A stretch of DNA of 64,000 bases, taken from the NCBI GenBank assembly GCA_051294375.1, contig CM119271.1, positions 10,279,839 to 10,343,838 of the forward strand, read 5' to 3'. Origin of the DNA: Paraspadella gotoi. Its lineage: Eukaryota; Animalia; Chaetognatha. Position 1 is the stretch's first letter. Every line of letters starts with the position of its first letter. Positions 11,611-25,025 of this stretch are shown here, piece by piece. The translations under genes were made by a program, and so were the position numbers. The notes under the pieces were generated by a model. The model saw only the letters and a program-made list of their open reading frames with translations. It was not told the origin of the DNA and did not search any database.

Positions 11611-14600
11611 CTCCTTTCTTCCTTCCTCCCCCCTCTACTCCTCTAGAAGACGAAAAGATAAAAAATCAACATTCGCAATCGAAGATGCGATCAAAAACGT
11701 TACGATCAAAGACGATGCCATCAGAAATCTCTTCGCCTTTCGCTCTCGTTCGTTTTGCATTCGTTCAGCATCGCTTTTTTTTCCGCCTGACCGATTTTCT
11801 TTCTTACCCCGCCCGAAGAGTTTACCTTTCTTTTGTACCTCTCGGTCGGTCTGTCTGTCTATCTGTCTGTCTCTCTGTCTCTTTTTCAGTCTCTCTTACG
11901 TTTTAAATGCTTTTATCTAGGGTTCTACCGCATCATTTTTAATTAATACTCGGTAGTAAGATGCATAATTTGCCATACATTTATGCAACACCTTCAATTC
12001 GTCGGTTCTTGTTTTCTCTCCCTTCCCTTCTCCCTCTCCTACTTTCGGATCATCTTTCCCTCGCCTCTCTCTGAGAAATATGGTTAAAGGCATATTATAC
12101 TCATGATTGGAAAAACGAACAACATAATCTAAAAAAAAAATTCAATGTGTCCGCGGTTGCTTTTCCTCTGCTTATGGTTTAGTCCACCGGCCAGTGTATT
12201 TAAACCTTTCCCCCCGACCCTGTGTTATGTTGTGGTCATTGAGCGCGCAGGTGCACGCTGTCGCCATCTGGGTCATCGCCATTTCAAAGCGTTAACTATG
12301 AAAGCTAGACAATGAATCATGGTGTCCCAGGTTTCTTTGGCTCGTATTTGGGGTGTACCTCCCAGACACAATTGGTCACCTCTCCTTTCTGGCCACTCGA
12401 CCAATCGCCGCCGCCTGCCCAATGTACGCGTCGTCCCTTCTTAAAAGAAAATCTATCGATAGAAGGAATGGTGGGGATCGATGAAAGTGAGCTGCGATTG
12501 GGTGATAAAGTTGCGAAACGAACGAGGGGAAGAAAGGGGCCTTCTAGCGGAGAATTGAATAGTGACAAAAATAATGTACTAACCAAGTCCAAAGACGCAG
12601 AATTAGTTTATATCGGAAACGTTCGATATTGAGGGTCGATTTCTGTTTTAGCAAATTTTAGAAAAAAAAATAATCCTAAATTTTATATTTTCCGGTTGTA
12701 GAACGACTTACTAAAGGTTTAATTAAGCCCTCTTGAGAAATGAATTCTTTTCTGAGAAAGCTAAAGTTGAAAAAAGAATATTATTCTTCCGCCCGTGTGA
12801 CCTTTTCCATCCGGCCTAATCACCTCTCGTCCCCTGATGCGCATCTTTCTTTAACAACCCGCATCTATAACCTTCTCCTCCTCGTCTTAATTTTCGCCTT
12901 ATATCCTGGCTCTCTCCTTCTCTCTCTCTCATCCTCCCTCTCTCTGCATCTTTCTCTCTCAATACATGCAGCTCATATTGTAAAAGAAGTAAAGGATAGA
13001 AAAAATAATAATCTTGGAGAAAAAGAATAAAAACAAAACGGAAGGACAATAAAAAACAGATAACATGATCGAAAAAAAAAATAAAACCAGAAATAGCAAT
13101 AAAATGGAATGACAATTCTTCTCCGTCGAGTCATAACGGTACTCTTAAGCTTTTCTTTAAGCCGTTGATGACTGAGGCTAAAAAGGGTCAAGGGCAGTTG
13201 TTGTCTACGAAAAGCTTTCTTAAACTATTGATTTTCAAACTATAAAATTCACTTAGCTTTTCTACGGTTTTCATTTAATTCTTCGGGTCATCTTGGATTT
13301 TTAGAAAATACGGTGGAAATAGTTATCTCTTGTCAATTAAGCACAAACGCGCTGTTTGTATTCTAGAGACTTAAATATTCTCGCTCCGACAAAAGTTCCT
13401 TTCCGAGTTTTTGTAACTAATTGAGCATGCAAAAATCAATTTTAACATCGGTTTAAAATCTACTTTAACATTTAGCTTTAAAAAAAGGCAAATTTTTTTA
13501 GCTTCGCAATGAGAAGAAAGAAATCGAGCGTAGACACTCGCGCTCTTAGTTGAATCAGCGATTTTTTTTCCTTTAAATCTAAGTGTCGGAGAACTAGTAG
13601 TCAGCCTTGCCTCGCCATGCGTATCTCCGTCCTATGACCCATCGCGCCATTACTGGGGAGACTTGCCCGTCAACTCCCCTCGTCGCCGGAGTGTGGCGCT
13701 GAGCGCTCCCTGCATCGCAGCAGCCCTTTTTGGTGTTGCGCGTCGTGTGGTTGACGCCGAGCACCATATGTCTGCAAGAGGTGCAGCCCTCTTTTTCACC
13801 GCCTCCTTCAGTTGTGTCCACAAATCACAATGAAAGTGTCTGTGTGTCGAAGTGTGGTGCCCACAAGTTATGGGCAACCGTGACAGAGACGTCTGATGAA
13901 TTGAAATCTGAACCTGAGTGACAACGTGCCCTCATTGTCCCCGTAAAAGGCCGTTTGTGTATTGCCTATCAGGGTCGGCCTGAGTCTCAGGCTGACCGGC
14001 TCATGCTGTGTCAAATAACGTGAAATGTAGCACACAGATAGGCTATTGTGAAGTTGTAATCAATGCTAGTAGAAAACGAATCATGCATGAGCGAAAATAA
14101 ACCAGGGATTCTGCGGTCGAATGAGGCACGGTCATTCTCTCAAACACTTAAGATATATCTTCTTATCTTTCTGTATTATTTTCTATATCGTTTCTCTCTC
14201 TCTCTCTCTCTTCTTTTTAATTGTCCTACGGCTCTTCGTCACCCCGTCTTTTTTTCTTTCTTTCTCCTTTCTGTGTCTCTCTTTTCTCTCCTTCTTTCTC
14301 TCATTTTTTTTCTCTTTTCTCTTTTTTCTCTCTTTTGGTTTCTCTCTTTTTCTCTCTCTTTCTTTCTTTTTTTTTTGGCGTTCTTTCTTCTGTATCGCAT
14401 GTTTCCCCATAATTTTTCTCTCTCTTTCTTTTCTGAAGAGAAGAAACTCGCTCGTGACCTTTGTTTGGATCATATTTTTTTTCTTGTAGTTTTGTCCAAA
14501 TAATTCGGTAAATCGCTATTTTTTTTCGATTTTGGTTGCTTAGAGATTTAGTTAGAAGTCGACATGATTTGCGGAATAATTTTCGCAAAATCGTGTCGAC

Positions 14601-17081
14601 ACGCGGGAAAAAATGATTACAAATAGTCCTGATGGCTTTTAAGATAACGCGCAAAATAGCGGTTTTTTTTAAGATTTAACAAGAATTATAACCAGTCCAA
14701 CTTAATTAAAACTATAAAAACAAATAAATCTAAAGTCGAAATTGATATAAATGAAACTACAATCACAAAGAAAAATCGGATCCAAATTCAAAAGGACATA
14801 ATCTTAAATTTTTTTCGTAAGAAAACGCAATTGGAGTTTTTTCTTATATTACAGATATAATTAGCGTTATCATTGTGGGGTTTATTTTTCATTAGTTTCA
14901 ATTAATTTATAAGATGTTCAGTTTAGGTTTAAAATGAACTTGAAATGAAAAATGCCGTTTCTCTCTGACTAACCATTTTTAAAAATTCTTCATTGTTTCA
15001 GACAAACGGTGAATCATTGAAACAAAATATGCTTCATACCCCAAGTTAGAAGTCATGAAGCGACCCCAAAAGCGACAAATAAGTAAAAAAAATTTTCTTT
15101 TTCTATCTTTACCTTGAAAATTTAGTGCCAAATTAAAATGGACAAAAGGACAAGTTTTGAAGGAGAGATAGAAAATCTTTAAAAACTATCTTTACTGTTA
15201 TCAAATTTATAAGGGGAATGGTTTTATTTACCCCATTGGTGCCGCCACTCCTTTGTGGTAATATAGTCCATAGTAGTAAAAAATTTAGCATTCATATTTG
15301 AATAATAAGGGAGATTCAGTTCATTTCTTGACAAAAGGCTTTTCGTTAGACATCTGCCCAAGGAAAATTCTTCGCTGGGCGGACGAGAGGCGAAGTTGCG
15401 ACTGCGGACGGAACAAAGAATAGAAAGAGAGAGACATAAGAAGAAGAAGAATAAGAAAGATGAAAGAAAGAAAAAATAAAGAAAAAAAAACGAAAAAGAA
15501 AAGAAAGAAAAGAGTGAAAAGAAAAGAAAAAAGAAAAAAAAGGGAAAAATGAAAAAGAAAAGTAAAAAGAAAAAACACACACACAAAAATAAAAAACAAA
15601 AAAAAAAAAAATAAAAAAAGGAAAAAAAAAAAAAAAGAATAGAAAATAAACAAAAAAAAAAAAATAAAAAAAAAAAAAAAAAAAAAAAAAATAGGGGGAG
15701 GAGGGAGGGGTGGGGTGGAGGGGTGGGGAGGGGGGGGGGCTGGTGAGGGGGGGTGGTCGGGTGATAAAAAGAAAAGAAATAGAAAGAAAAAGGAAAAGAA
15801 AAGAAAAAAAAAAAAAAAAGAGTACCGAAAAATTGTAAAGAAGCGGCCTCAGGTGGAAAATTTAGGATTTGCTTTTCGGCCTCATCAGGGTGGGCGTGGC
15901 CCTGAGGAATTCGCCGTCATCCAATTGCAAATGAATTTGTTATGAAGGTACAGGTCAGGTCGTTGCATCGTCGGGAAGCTGAGACGGTTGCTCTAAGAAT
16001 AATCAACAATCTTTGTTTACTGTTTAGAAGGGTAGAACTTAAAATTTATTTAAAATTAAGTTCTTAAAAAAGAGAGGAAAGGATTACATTTAAGGCAACG
16101 TTCTAATCCTTAACGCAACGATTGGCCCCAAGTAAGTTACTAATTCAACGTCATGATGGGCGGGTCGTAAATATTTTCGCATTCTCATAAACTCTCGCTC
16201 GCTCCTCTCCTGCTCTCTCTCTCCTTCTCTCTTCTCTCTCTCTTCTCCTCTCGTCTCTCTCTCTCTCTCTCTCTCTGTCGCGGCACCTGGCTACCCTCCG
16301 TGTGTGATCTCCCGCAATGCCCTCATTCCCACTGCATCTCCCGCCTCAATGCCCATTGTCCGGGATTTGATCTAATTATCTCCTTGACGGTGCGAAGACT
16401 CATTTTCTCCGACATCACTATTCATGGCACTGTCTGGGCATCCTCAATCCTCTTTTCCTCTTTTCAAGACTTAAAAGCTACATTACTTACAGTTATATGC
16501 AGTCATACGTACAATTTTGGTAGGTAGATTTTTAAAATTATTTCTTGCAAAAATTTCACTTTTTCTATGTTCAGACGATACCCTAAAAATAATTTTAAGA
16601 AAATTTGGAACGAGTTGAACTTATTTATGCTCTTTGATGCTCTTTCATTTTTTCCCTTTCTTTTTCTTTCCCGTTTCTTTCTGTTCTTCATCTTCATCTT
16701 CCTCCCTTCCTCCTCATATGTCTCTGTCGAAGTGGTCATCCTTCGGGTTCGAAGGGATTGGGAGGTGAAGGGTCCGTTCTGTCCGTGTGGGTCCAGTGAT
16801 TTGCGGTGGCGGTCAAAAGATATTGGGTGGTTGGGAATCGGGAATCGAGTTTCCAGTAAGAAGTTTTACCATTTATCGTCTTCCTTCTTCTGATGCTGGC
16901 TTTTAAAGCTCGACGGAGATCCCCGCAAGAGGGCGCGTTGAAAAAAAAAAGAATATGAAAATATTCCGTACTGATTCAGAGTTAAAGTATTTCAGGTAAG
17001 TATTTATGTATTTGTATTTGTTATGTTAAAATTCTTTAAAATTGTTTTCTTTCTCTTTCTTCCTCTTTGTTCCTCTCTCTA

Positions 17082-17134
<53 letters not shown>

Positions 17135-17394
17135 TTTTTTCTTTCTTTCTTCTTTCCTCTCCTTTTTTTCTCTCCTCTTCCCTTTTCCTCCAGCCCTGCA
17201 CGCTACCCGCTGCTATTATTATTCTTTTTTTCTCTCACTCGTTTTCACCGGTTGTTCAATTATACTAGACAATTTACCTTAACCTTGGGTCGCTCTAGTG
17301 AGATGTTGGTTGTTTTTTCCTGTATCCAGTGAATGCGATGTCATAATGCCTGACCTCTTCCGCTCTGTTCCATCTAGATCCCTAGAAATCGGCT

Positions 17395-18111
17395 ATGCGC
17401 TATTACTATATCGCCGAACTAACCACCGACGTCACCTACGAGGAACTGCGCGACTATTCTTGTCAAGGTGATTGGAGAAAGACCTGGATTGGGCAAATTC
17501 TCGATGATCAGCTCCCGCTCCGACTGGCCCCCGGGAAAACTCAAGGTTGAAATCTACTGTCTGAAGCGGGGCTATGGTGCTTTTGTCACGGAGAATGGAG
17601 AAGATTCTGGCACGTACGAGCTATATGAGGCAATGAAAAATACACAAATAAACAATTGAAACAACATTTCTTCCTGAGCGTATGTTACCCCAAAATCTCC
17701 AAGTGTGAGCTAGGGGAAATAGTTGCTGACTTTTTTATTTCCCAAAAACGCTACGAGGCACCAGTAGGAAAAGCGTCAGGATCCATGGTCGGAAACTTTT
17801 GGAATCTCCGAAGGAGCGGCAGCGGTGATAGTGGCCGTCGTAGGCGAAGCAAAAAACGGTTACGAATCAAGGAACGGCGTCTCACAAATCGTCCGACTGT
17901 CACCTGCTTATGGGATGTGATCGTCAAGGTGCACGTGGGAGTTTGGGGTAGTGAAAGCAGACTGTGGAAGTTACATCTCCGAGAAGAGAACGAAGAAACA
18001 AAGGGAAACCTGGGAAAAGGACAAAAACTTCAGCGGCCGTATCAAAAGGGCAAGATAGGGACGGTGGGAAACACAATACCGCCCGGCGGAAATGACCATC
18101 AAATCCGCCGC
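17395..18111 (+). pseudogene. Frameshifted RRM-like ORF followed by an Arg/Ser/Gly-rich tail (pseudogene, retroelement ORF1 or error-containing gene)
   Basis: Three successive frames give MRYYYIAELTTDVTYEELRDY (RNP2 plus helix 1-like), KRGYGAFVT...EAMKNTQINN (RNP1 plus helix 2-like) and ...RRSGSGDSGRRRRSKKR. Possible upstream intron 16996(GTAAGT)-17329(ccag). Motif recognition by eye only. Confidence 0.35.
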
Positions 18112-19344
18112 NNNNNNNNNNNNNNNNNNNNNNNNNATTAGTTTTGATTAAATTTTTTTTATTAATACCAAAAACAGTATTGATTAAATGAAAATTACAA
18201 AATTGAGAATTTATTTTTAAGTAGTATTTGAAAGTTTGCAGGGTTCTGCTATGTCACTATCTCGTAAGAGCCTTAGCCCATCCATGTCTATCCAAAATCA
18301 AGGGGCGAGATAGCAAGTTTATTGGATGCATAGTCAACTTTTATATTGCTGGCACGCAAAACCTGAAAGACAATTCCCCCAAAAAATTCCGAAGATTTTG
18401 TTTGCAGATGCAAAAAAATTTAAATCGCCTAAAATTTGGATACAAAAAACGTTTTCTTCTTTCCCGCGGAGAGATTTATGTTTCTCTCTTCTCGTTGGAG
18501 CCAAAAACAGATTTTCTCACAATAAAAATCTTACAAAGTATTATAGAAGATGTATGATATTATAAAAGTTGTATGATATTGTATGCTATTACATTAGATT
18601 ATATCATATTAGTGTGTTATTTCTATTTCTTTTTCGTTGGTTTTAAATTGTAGACAGTGTGATAGTTTGAAACTAAGATCGAAACCTATTTTTATCAAAA
18701 ATTTTGTTGTGAAAAAAACTTTTCCTATCTCAAATTATACTATATATATTATATTATATAACAAAATATGTATAATATTTCAACCAGAATGTTCGATGTC
18801 CATTTCCTCTTATCCTTACTTCTTCCTTGTTCAGTTGGGAATACCTTACCCACTTTATTCCAATCCAACTTAAATAGAATAACCAAATCTTATTACACGA
18901 ACTCCGTCCAAATCTTTCCCGAAATCAGTCCGTCCGTATCTTTGATCTCTGACAAAAAACAGGGACGACGACCGACGACACACACAAAACAACTGCGACG
19001 AACACTACAACCAACGACACGACCGACACACCACAACACGACCGACGACGATGACCCCGACATTCACCATATCGATTCGACACTGCGAGGGCCACGTAAA
19101 GATTGGGGCATAGTGATATGAAGGGTGGTTTAGAACGAGGACATCATCCCTGGGGCAGAATCAGGGTGGAGAATGGAGAGGGAAAAGAAAAGAGCGAAGG
19201 GAGACGGAGAAAATTCCCCATTCGCCTCGAAGTCACCTTCTTGTACGCGTGCCGACCCTCAGACAACCCCCCTCGCGTTCCCGAACGGATAATTTTTTTT
19301 CTTCGCAAAGGACGACGGANNNNNNNNNNNNNNNNNNNNNNNNN

Positions 19345-19645
19345 TTCATCATTTTCGTAATCGTTGGCGTTTTTGTCGTCGCCTTTGTCGTTTTTTTCGT
19401 CGAAGCTTTTGTCCTCGTCGTCATCGCCGCTGTCATCTTTGTCCTCCTTGTCGTCATTGCATTGTTGTCGTGGCCGTTGTCGTCATCGTTGTCTTCATCG
19501 TTGTCGCCGCTGTCATCTTTGTCTTCCTTGTCGACGTATATTCCGATGTCATCGTCATTGTCACTATCATTGACTTTGTCGTCGTCGTCATTATGATCGT
19601 CGTCGTCGTCGTCGTCCTAATTTCCATCATCGTCATCGTTACATC
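19345..19645. repeat. Degenerate (TCG/TCA/TTG)n trinucleotide tract
   Basis: Cryptic triplet repeat; similar tracts at 32795-33450 and, on the opposite strand, 56965-57325. Confidence 0.85.
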
Positions 19646-20094
19646 GTCTTTATCCTTTTTATTTCGCCCCAAGCTGCGCGCGCCGTTTGCAAATGAGCGA
19701 TAAGGATCGGTCGGTCGGTCCGCGTCAGGTAGGGCGTGACGTTGACCGAGGACATCGAGACGAGCGACGGTCACCAACTGGCGGGCGTCACCATCGCCCG
19801 GGGTGACGCTTGTGACGGGTGACGCTGTCGCGTCGTGGGATAAGGAAGAGACTTTTGTTTTTTTGTTTTTTGTTTTTTGTTTCGTTCGGTTTGACGACGA
19901 CGTCGCTTTCTTCTCGAATGTTCCCCGATTCCGCTTTTATGGCCAAAAACATTATACCAGTCGACGCTTTGTTAAAGATTTTAATGACGGAAGCGTCGGC
20001 ATAATAAACTCGAAATTATCGTAATTTAAAAACTTCGCTTCGTAATTAAGCTTTGCGTGACTTCGTATGTACGTTCATTTTTTTACACAATGTA

Positions 20095-20145
20095 AAATGC
20101 GCTGATGAAGGCTTGCACTAAAGCCGAAACATGTCTAACACAAAA
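20095..20145 (+). ncRNA. Minimal type I hammerhead ribozyme motif (Penelope-like element type), stem I damaged
   Basis: CTGATGA-A-GGCTT-gcacta-AAGCC-GAAA-CATG-TC: intact core boxes, 5 bp stem II and the palindromic ACATGT helix III typical of PLE minimal hammerheads. Predicted cleavage after 20135. Confidence 0.7.
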
Positions 20146-20863
20146 ATCGTTGTTTTTAACAAAAATTAAAAAAACTTTGTTTTCTCTAACTTCAAACCGC
20201 AACGAAAAGAAAGGATTAAATCATGAGATTTATTCATACATATTTTAGTTATTTTAGTATTTTTATATTTTAGCATTTTTTTTTATTTCAGTATTTTAGT
20301 ATTTTTATATTTTAGTATTTTAGTTATTATCAGAATAACTTGTCAGACGTAACGACGGTCGGCCTTACTTTTCTTTGTTAATTTTTTTTCAATTTGACCA
20401 ACATTACTTTAAAAAGCTAAGCATTACGCCCTTCCCCCCACCCCCCTCATGGCGGAAGTCGTTTTTCCTTTCTTTTCAGTCGCGGATCAACGCGCGTACG
20501 ATGGCAACGGATGGCATTTATGGCACAAACGCCTCGAGACATGGCACTTATGTCTCCGACGCCTCAGGCGTTGCCATAAGACAAAGACCGTCATATTTGT
20601 CATGCTCAAGCCGATACCATCAAGAATGCCACGGGCCAATGACATTCCTTACCCCAGATATCATCGGCAGAAAGGAGTCCACGATATCGATGAACGTTCG
20701 ACCCCGGCGTTGCCATCAACGGATGCCCATGGGCGATGAGATTGCCATCTGCGATGCCAGAGGCCGATGGCATCAAGGGTGGCGACATGGGAGACGTTAG
20801 CGGGCGGCGAAGAACCGCGGGGAGAAAATAACAAAAGATGAAGCCGGGGCCCGAGCGAAATTG

Positions 20864-20929
<66 letters not shown>

Positions 20930-22002
20930 GGAAGAAAAAGGAAAAGAAGATAAGAGGAGATGAAGCTGGCGGGAAATGGACCGAACTGAAGATGGAGGAA
21001 GAGAGAGGAAAGGAAAGGAAAGTAAAGGAAAGGAAAGAGAAAGAAAGGAAAGGAAAGGAAAGGAAAGGAAAGAGAAGGAAAGGAGGGGAAAAGAAAGAAA
21101 ATAAAAAGAAAGGAAAACAAAAAGGAAGGAAAGGACAGGAAAAGAAAAATAAAGAAGATATGAAGGAAAGAATTAAGCGAAAAAAACAAAAAAGTCATAA
21201 TAAACAAATTGCGCGGATACAGAATCAAAGGAGAAAACAATAAAAAGAAAATAACGAAAGATTGATAAAGAAAAAAAAAGGAAAAAAAANNNNNNNNNNN
21301 NNNNNNNNNNNNNNNNNNNNNNNNNNNNNNNNNNNNNNNNNNNNNNNNNNNNNNNNNNNNNNNNNNNNNNNNNNNNNNNNNNNNNNNNNNNNNNNNNNNN
21401 NNNNNNNNNNNNNNNNNNNNNNNNNNNNNNNNNNNNNNNNNNNNNNNNNNNNNNNNNNNNNNNNNNNNNNNNNNNNNNNNNNNNNNNNNNNNNNNNNNNN
21501 NNNNNNNNNNNNNNNNNNNNNNNNNNNNNNNNNNNNNNNNNNNNNNNNNNNNNNNNNNNNNNNNNNNNNNNNNNNNNNNNNNNNNNNNNNNNNNNNNNNN
21601 NNNNNNNNNNNNNNNNNNNNNNNNNNNNNNNNNNNNNNNNNNNNNNNNNNNNNNNNNNNNNNNNNNNNNNNNNNNNNNNNNNNNNNNNNNNNNNNNNNNN
21701 NNNNNNNNNNNNNNNNNNNNNNNNNNNNNNNNNNNNNNNNNNNNNNNNNNNNNNNNNNNNNNNNNNNNNNNNNNNNNNNNNNNNNNNNNNNNNNNNNNNG
21801 AAAAGGAAATAAAGGAAAGGAAAGAAGTTAAGAAAAAAAGGAAAGAAGGAAAGGAAAGAAAGAAAAGGAAGGGAAGAAGGAATGAAGGAAAGCAGACGAT
21901 GAAATAAAGAAAAACATAAAGACTCAACAAGGAAACGAAATCGTGCGGACGAAGATAAGAGGAAAATAAAAAAAATAAAGAAAGAAGCCGAAGATTCCGT
22001 TT

Positions 22003-22644
22003 CGACGTAACGAGATCGCCCCTGCAATTTATGGCGAGATGATGTTACCTTCCTGTTCTCTGCCAATTTTCAACTCGATCGCTCGTTAAATTATATATAA
22101 AAGACGAGCGGATATATAGAGATCTGAAAGGTTGATTCGTCGTCGTTGTTGTTGTTGTTTTGTTGTTGTTGTTAGAAGCGGGAGGAAGAAAGAAAAGTCG
22201 AGGAAATTAATGTCTACAGTTGAGGAAAAAGTTGGAAAGAAAAATTAGGTTCGCATTAAAGGAAAGAAAAACTCAAAAACCGCGGAAAGAGAGAGAAAGA
22301 GAGAAATAGANNNNNNNNNNNNNNNNNNNNNNNNNNNNNNNNNNNNNNNNNNNNNNNNNNNNNNNNNNNNNNNNNNNNNNNNNNNNNNNNNNNNNNNNNN
22401 NNNNNNNNNNNNNNNNNNNNNNNNNNNNNNNNNNNNNNNNNNNNNNNNNNNNNNNNNAAGGATATTAAGAGAAAGGAAGAGATGAATAGTCGAAGCAGAA
22501 AATAAAAACTCGGTTTCTACTGAGCACTGCGTCGACTTTGCCTCGTTTATTTTTTTTCTCCTTTCCCCCTTTCTTCTTTCTAATTTCTCTTTTTCTCTCT
22601 TTCTTTCATTAACTGTTGTTCCATTACCTTTCCTTTCTCTCTTT

Positions 22645-22724
<80 letters not shown>

Positions 22725-23036
22725 GTCGAAAAGGTCAAAACCATTAAATCTGTTGCCGAGTTTCCGCGCTTACAAAGGGACTGTCCCCAGCGATCGTGGG
22801 TCCGGTTTCCTCGCCGCACGAGATGGATTACTTTTTTTCCGGTACAATACGATCCGCCGAAAACAACCGAGTCCGCTGTACTTTCCACTTCATTCCCGGT
22901 TCTTCTTCTCTCTCTCCTCTCTCTATCTCTCCTCTCATCTCCTCTCTCTCTCCTCTTCCTCTCGTTTCTCGTTCTTCCTTCCTTCTCTCCTCTCCTATCT
23001 CTTCCCTTCTCTCTCCATTCTCTCTCTCTCCTCTAA

Positions 23037-23101
<65 letters not shown>

Positions 23102-23137
23102 CCTCTCCCTCTCTCTCATCTCTCTCTCTCACTCTCT

Positions 23138-23169
<32 letters not shown>

Positions 23170-23911
23170 GTTTTTTCGACTTTTCTCCCAAATTCACAGA
23201 CTCAAAAGAATCGTCGTTTCAAAAACTCGTCTGAGGAAAAGGAAATCACAGACTTCGTCGCCTCACAGAATAAAAGCTTATATAGCTAACGGACTTCCAG
23301 TCTCACAGATTCACAGTTCGCCAGACTTAGAGATTTCCAGTATTATAGATTTCCAGTATCACAGTCTGCAGACTCACAACTCACAGACGCCAGAAAGCTC
23401 CTCATACTAGTCTCAGAGAGTTGTTTCTCACGGAGCTACAATTTTACAGACGGACAGACTCAAAACTCCAGAGACTCTCAGAAAGTCTTGACAACTCACT
23501 GACTGACAGAGATCTACGGGGCTTAGCGCCTCACTCACTTCGCTTTCACGCCAGTCTCACAACGCTTCGCAAAAACGACTCTTTCAACACCTCAACGAAT
23601 CAACTTTTCCCGCCAAAGTCATTCATAACCGAAAATGTCGCCTCATTAAAAACTGGGAAAACAAAAAAAAAAGCGATTTTTTTTTCGGGCCGAGCGGAAA
23701 CGGGGCGAACACCTGCGTCCACGCCCACCGAGTCCCGAAAAGAGAGAAACGACGACGAGCGCCTGGCGCCCGGGAGCCGAGTATGCCAAATTGGATTTTT
23801 TTTTCGGGGGGGCGGGGGTTGGGGTTTGGGAGGGGAAAGGGGTTGTCGAAGGTGGAGTTATGGGAGAGAGAGCAGAGCGCGGGATGATAAGTCGCTTTTT
23901 GCTGGCTTTCT

Positions 23912-23981
<70 letters not shown>

Positions 23982-24635
23982 CTCGCTCATCGATCCTCTC
24001 CTTACTCAACCGTTCTCTTCTGACGTCACCGTCTCCTCGAAACAAGGAGCGGAAGCGGGGAGGAGGAAGGGAGGAAGGAAAGGGAGGAAAGGGAGGAAGG
24101 GAAAGGGAGAAGGAAAGAGGGAAGAGAAAGGAAAGGGATGGAAGAGAAAGGGAAGGAAGGAGGGGGCAAAGTGGAGTGAAGAGAGTAAAGGAAAATGAGA
24201 AGGAAGGGAGGGAAGGAGGGAGGAAGGGAGGAAGGAAGGCAGGAAGGGGAGAAAGAGAGAGAGGAAGGGAAGAAGCGAAGGAAGGAAGGAAAGGGAAGGA
24301 AGGTTTGAGGAAAAAAGGATAAGGAAACGGAGGAAGGGAGAAGAAAAGGAGGAAGGGAGGAAGGAAAGGAGGAAGGGAAGAAAGGAAAGAGAAAGAGAAG
24401 AAGAAAAGGAAAAGGTAATGGACAACAGTTAAAATGAAAGAAAGAGGTGAAAAAGAGAAATTAGAAAAGAAAGAAAGGGGGAAGGAAAAAAAAATAAACC
24501 GAGGCAAAGTCGACGCAGTGCTCAGTAGAAAACCGAGTTTTTTATTTTCTGCTTCGACTATTCATCTCTTCCTTTCTCTTAATATCTTTTCTCTCTCTCT
24601 CGCCCCCACCGTCTCTCTCTCTCTTCTCTCTCTCT

Positions 24636-24687
<52 letters not shown>

Positions 24688-25025
24688 CATTTTTTCCTTT
24701 TTAAAGAATTTCATCTATTTCTCTTCTTCTCTCCTCTTTCCGCGGTTTTGAGTTTTTCTTTCCTTTAATGGCGAACCTAATTTTTTCTTTCCAACTATTT
24801 CCTCACTGTAGACATTAATTTCCTCGTTTTTTCTTTCTTCCTCGCATCTAACAACAACAACAAAACAACAACAACAACGACGACGAATCAAAACCTTTCA
24901 GATCTCTATATATCCGCTCGTCTTTTATATATAGATTAACGAGCGATCGAGTTGAAAATTGGCAGAGAACAGGAAGGTAAGCATCATCTCGCCATAAATT
25001 GCAGGGGGCGATCTCGTTAACGTCG
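22003..25025. repeat. Long inverted repeat: arms ~22003-22650 and ~24390-25025
   Basis: For example ACGAGATCGCCCCTGCAATTTATGGCGAGATGATG (22010) is the reverse complement of 24983-25017. The right arm abuts a 25-N gap. Confidence 0.85.

Noticed and set aside
13780-13835. Tc1/mariner transposase fragment (LWTQLKEAVKKR)
   Set aside because: Lacks the preceding SPDLNP motif, other DDE segments and TIRs.
15873-15907. Minus-strand CTGATGAGGCCGAAA hammerhead-like core
   Set aside because: No stem I or III partner. CCCTGA is sequestered by an upstream TCAGGG, and the motif is part of a local CACCTGAGGCCG repeat.
16280-16490. Non-LTR retrotransposon C-terminal CCHC knuckle (..C....HLPPQCP)
   Set aside because: Requires several frameshifts and substitutions, and no RT or RNase H remnant is visible nearby.
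22458-22465. Second minus-strand ATATCCTT
   Set aside because: It abuts a gap inside an inverted-repeat arm whose partner reads ATATCTTT, and there is no Cav3-like upstream frame.
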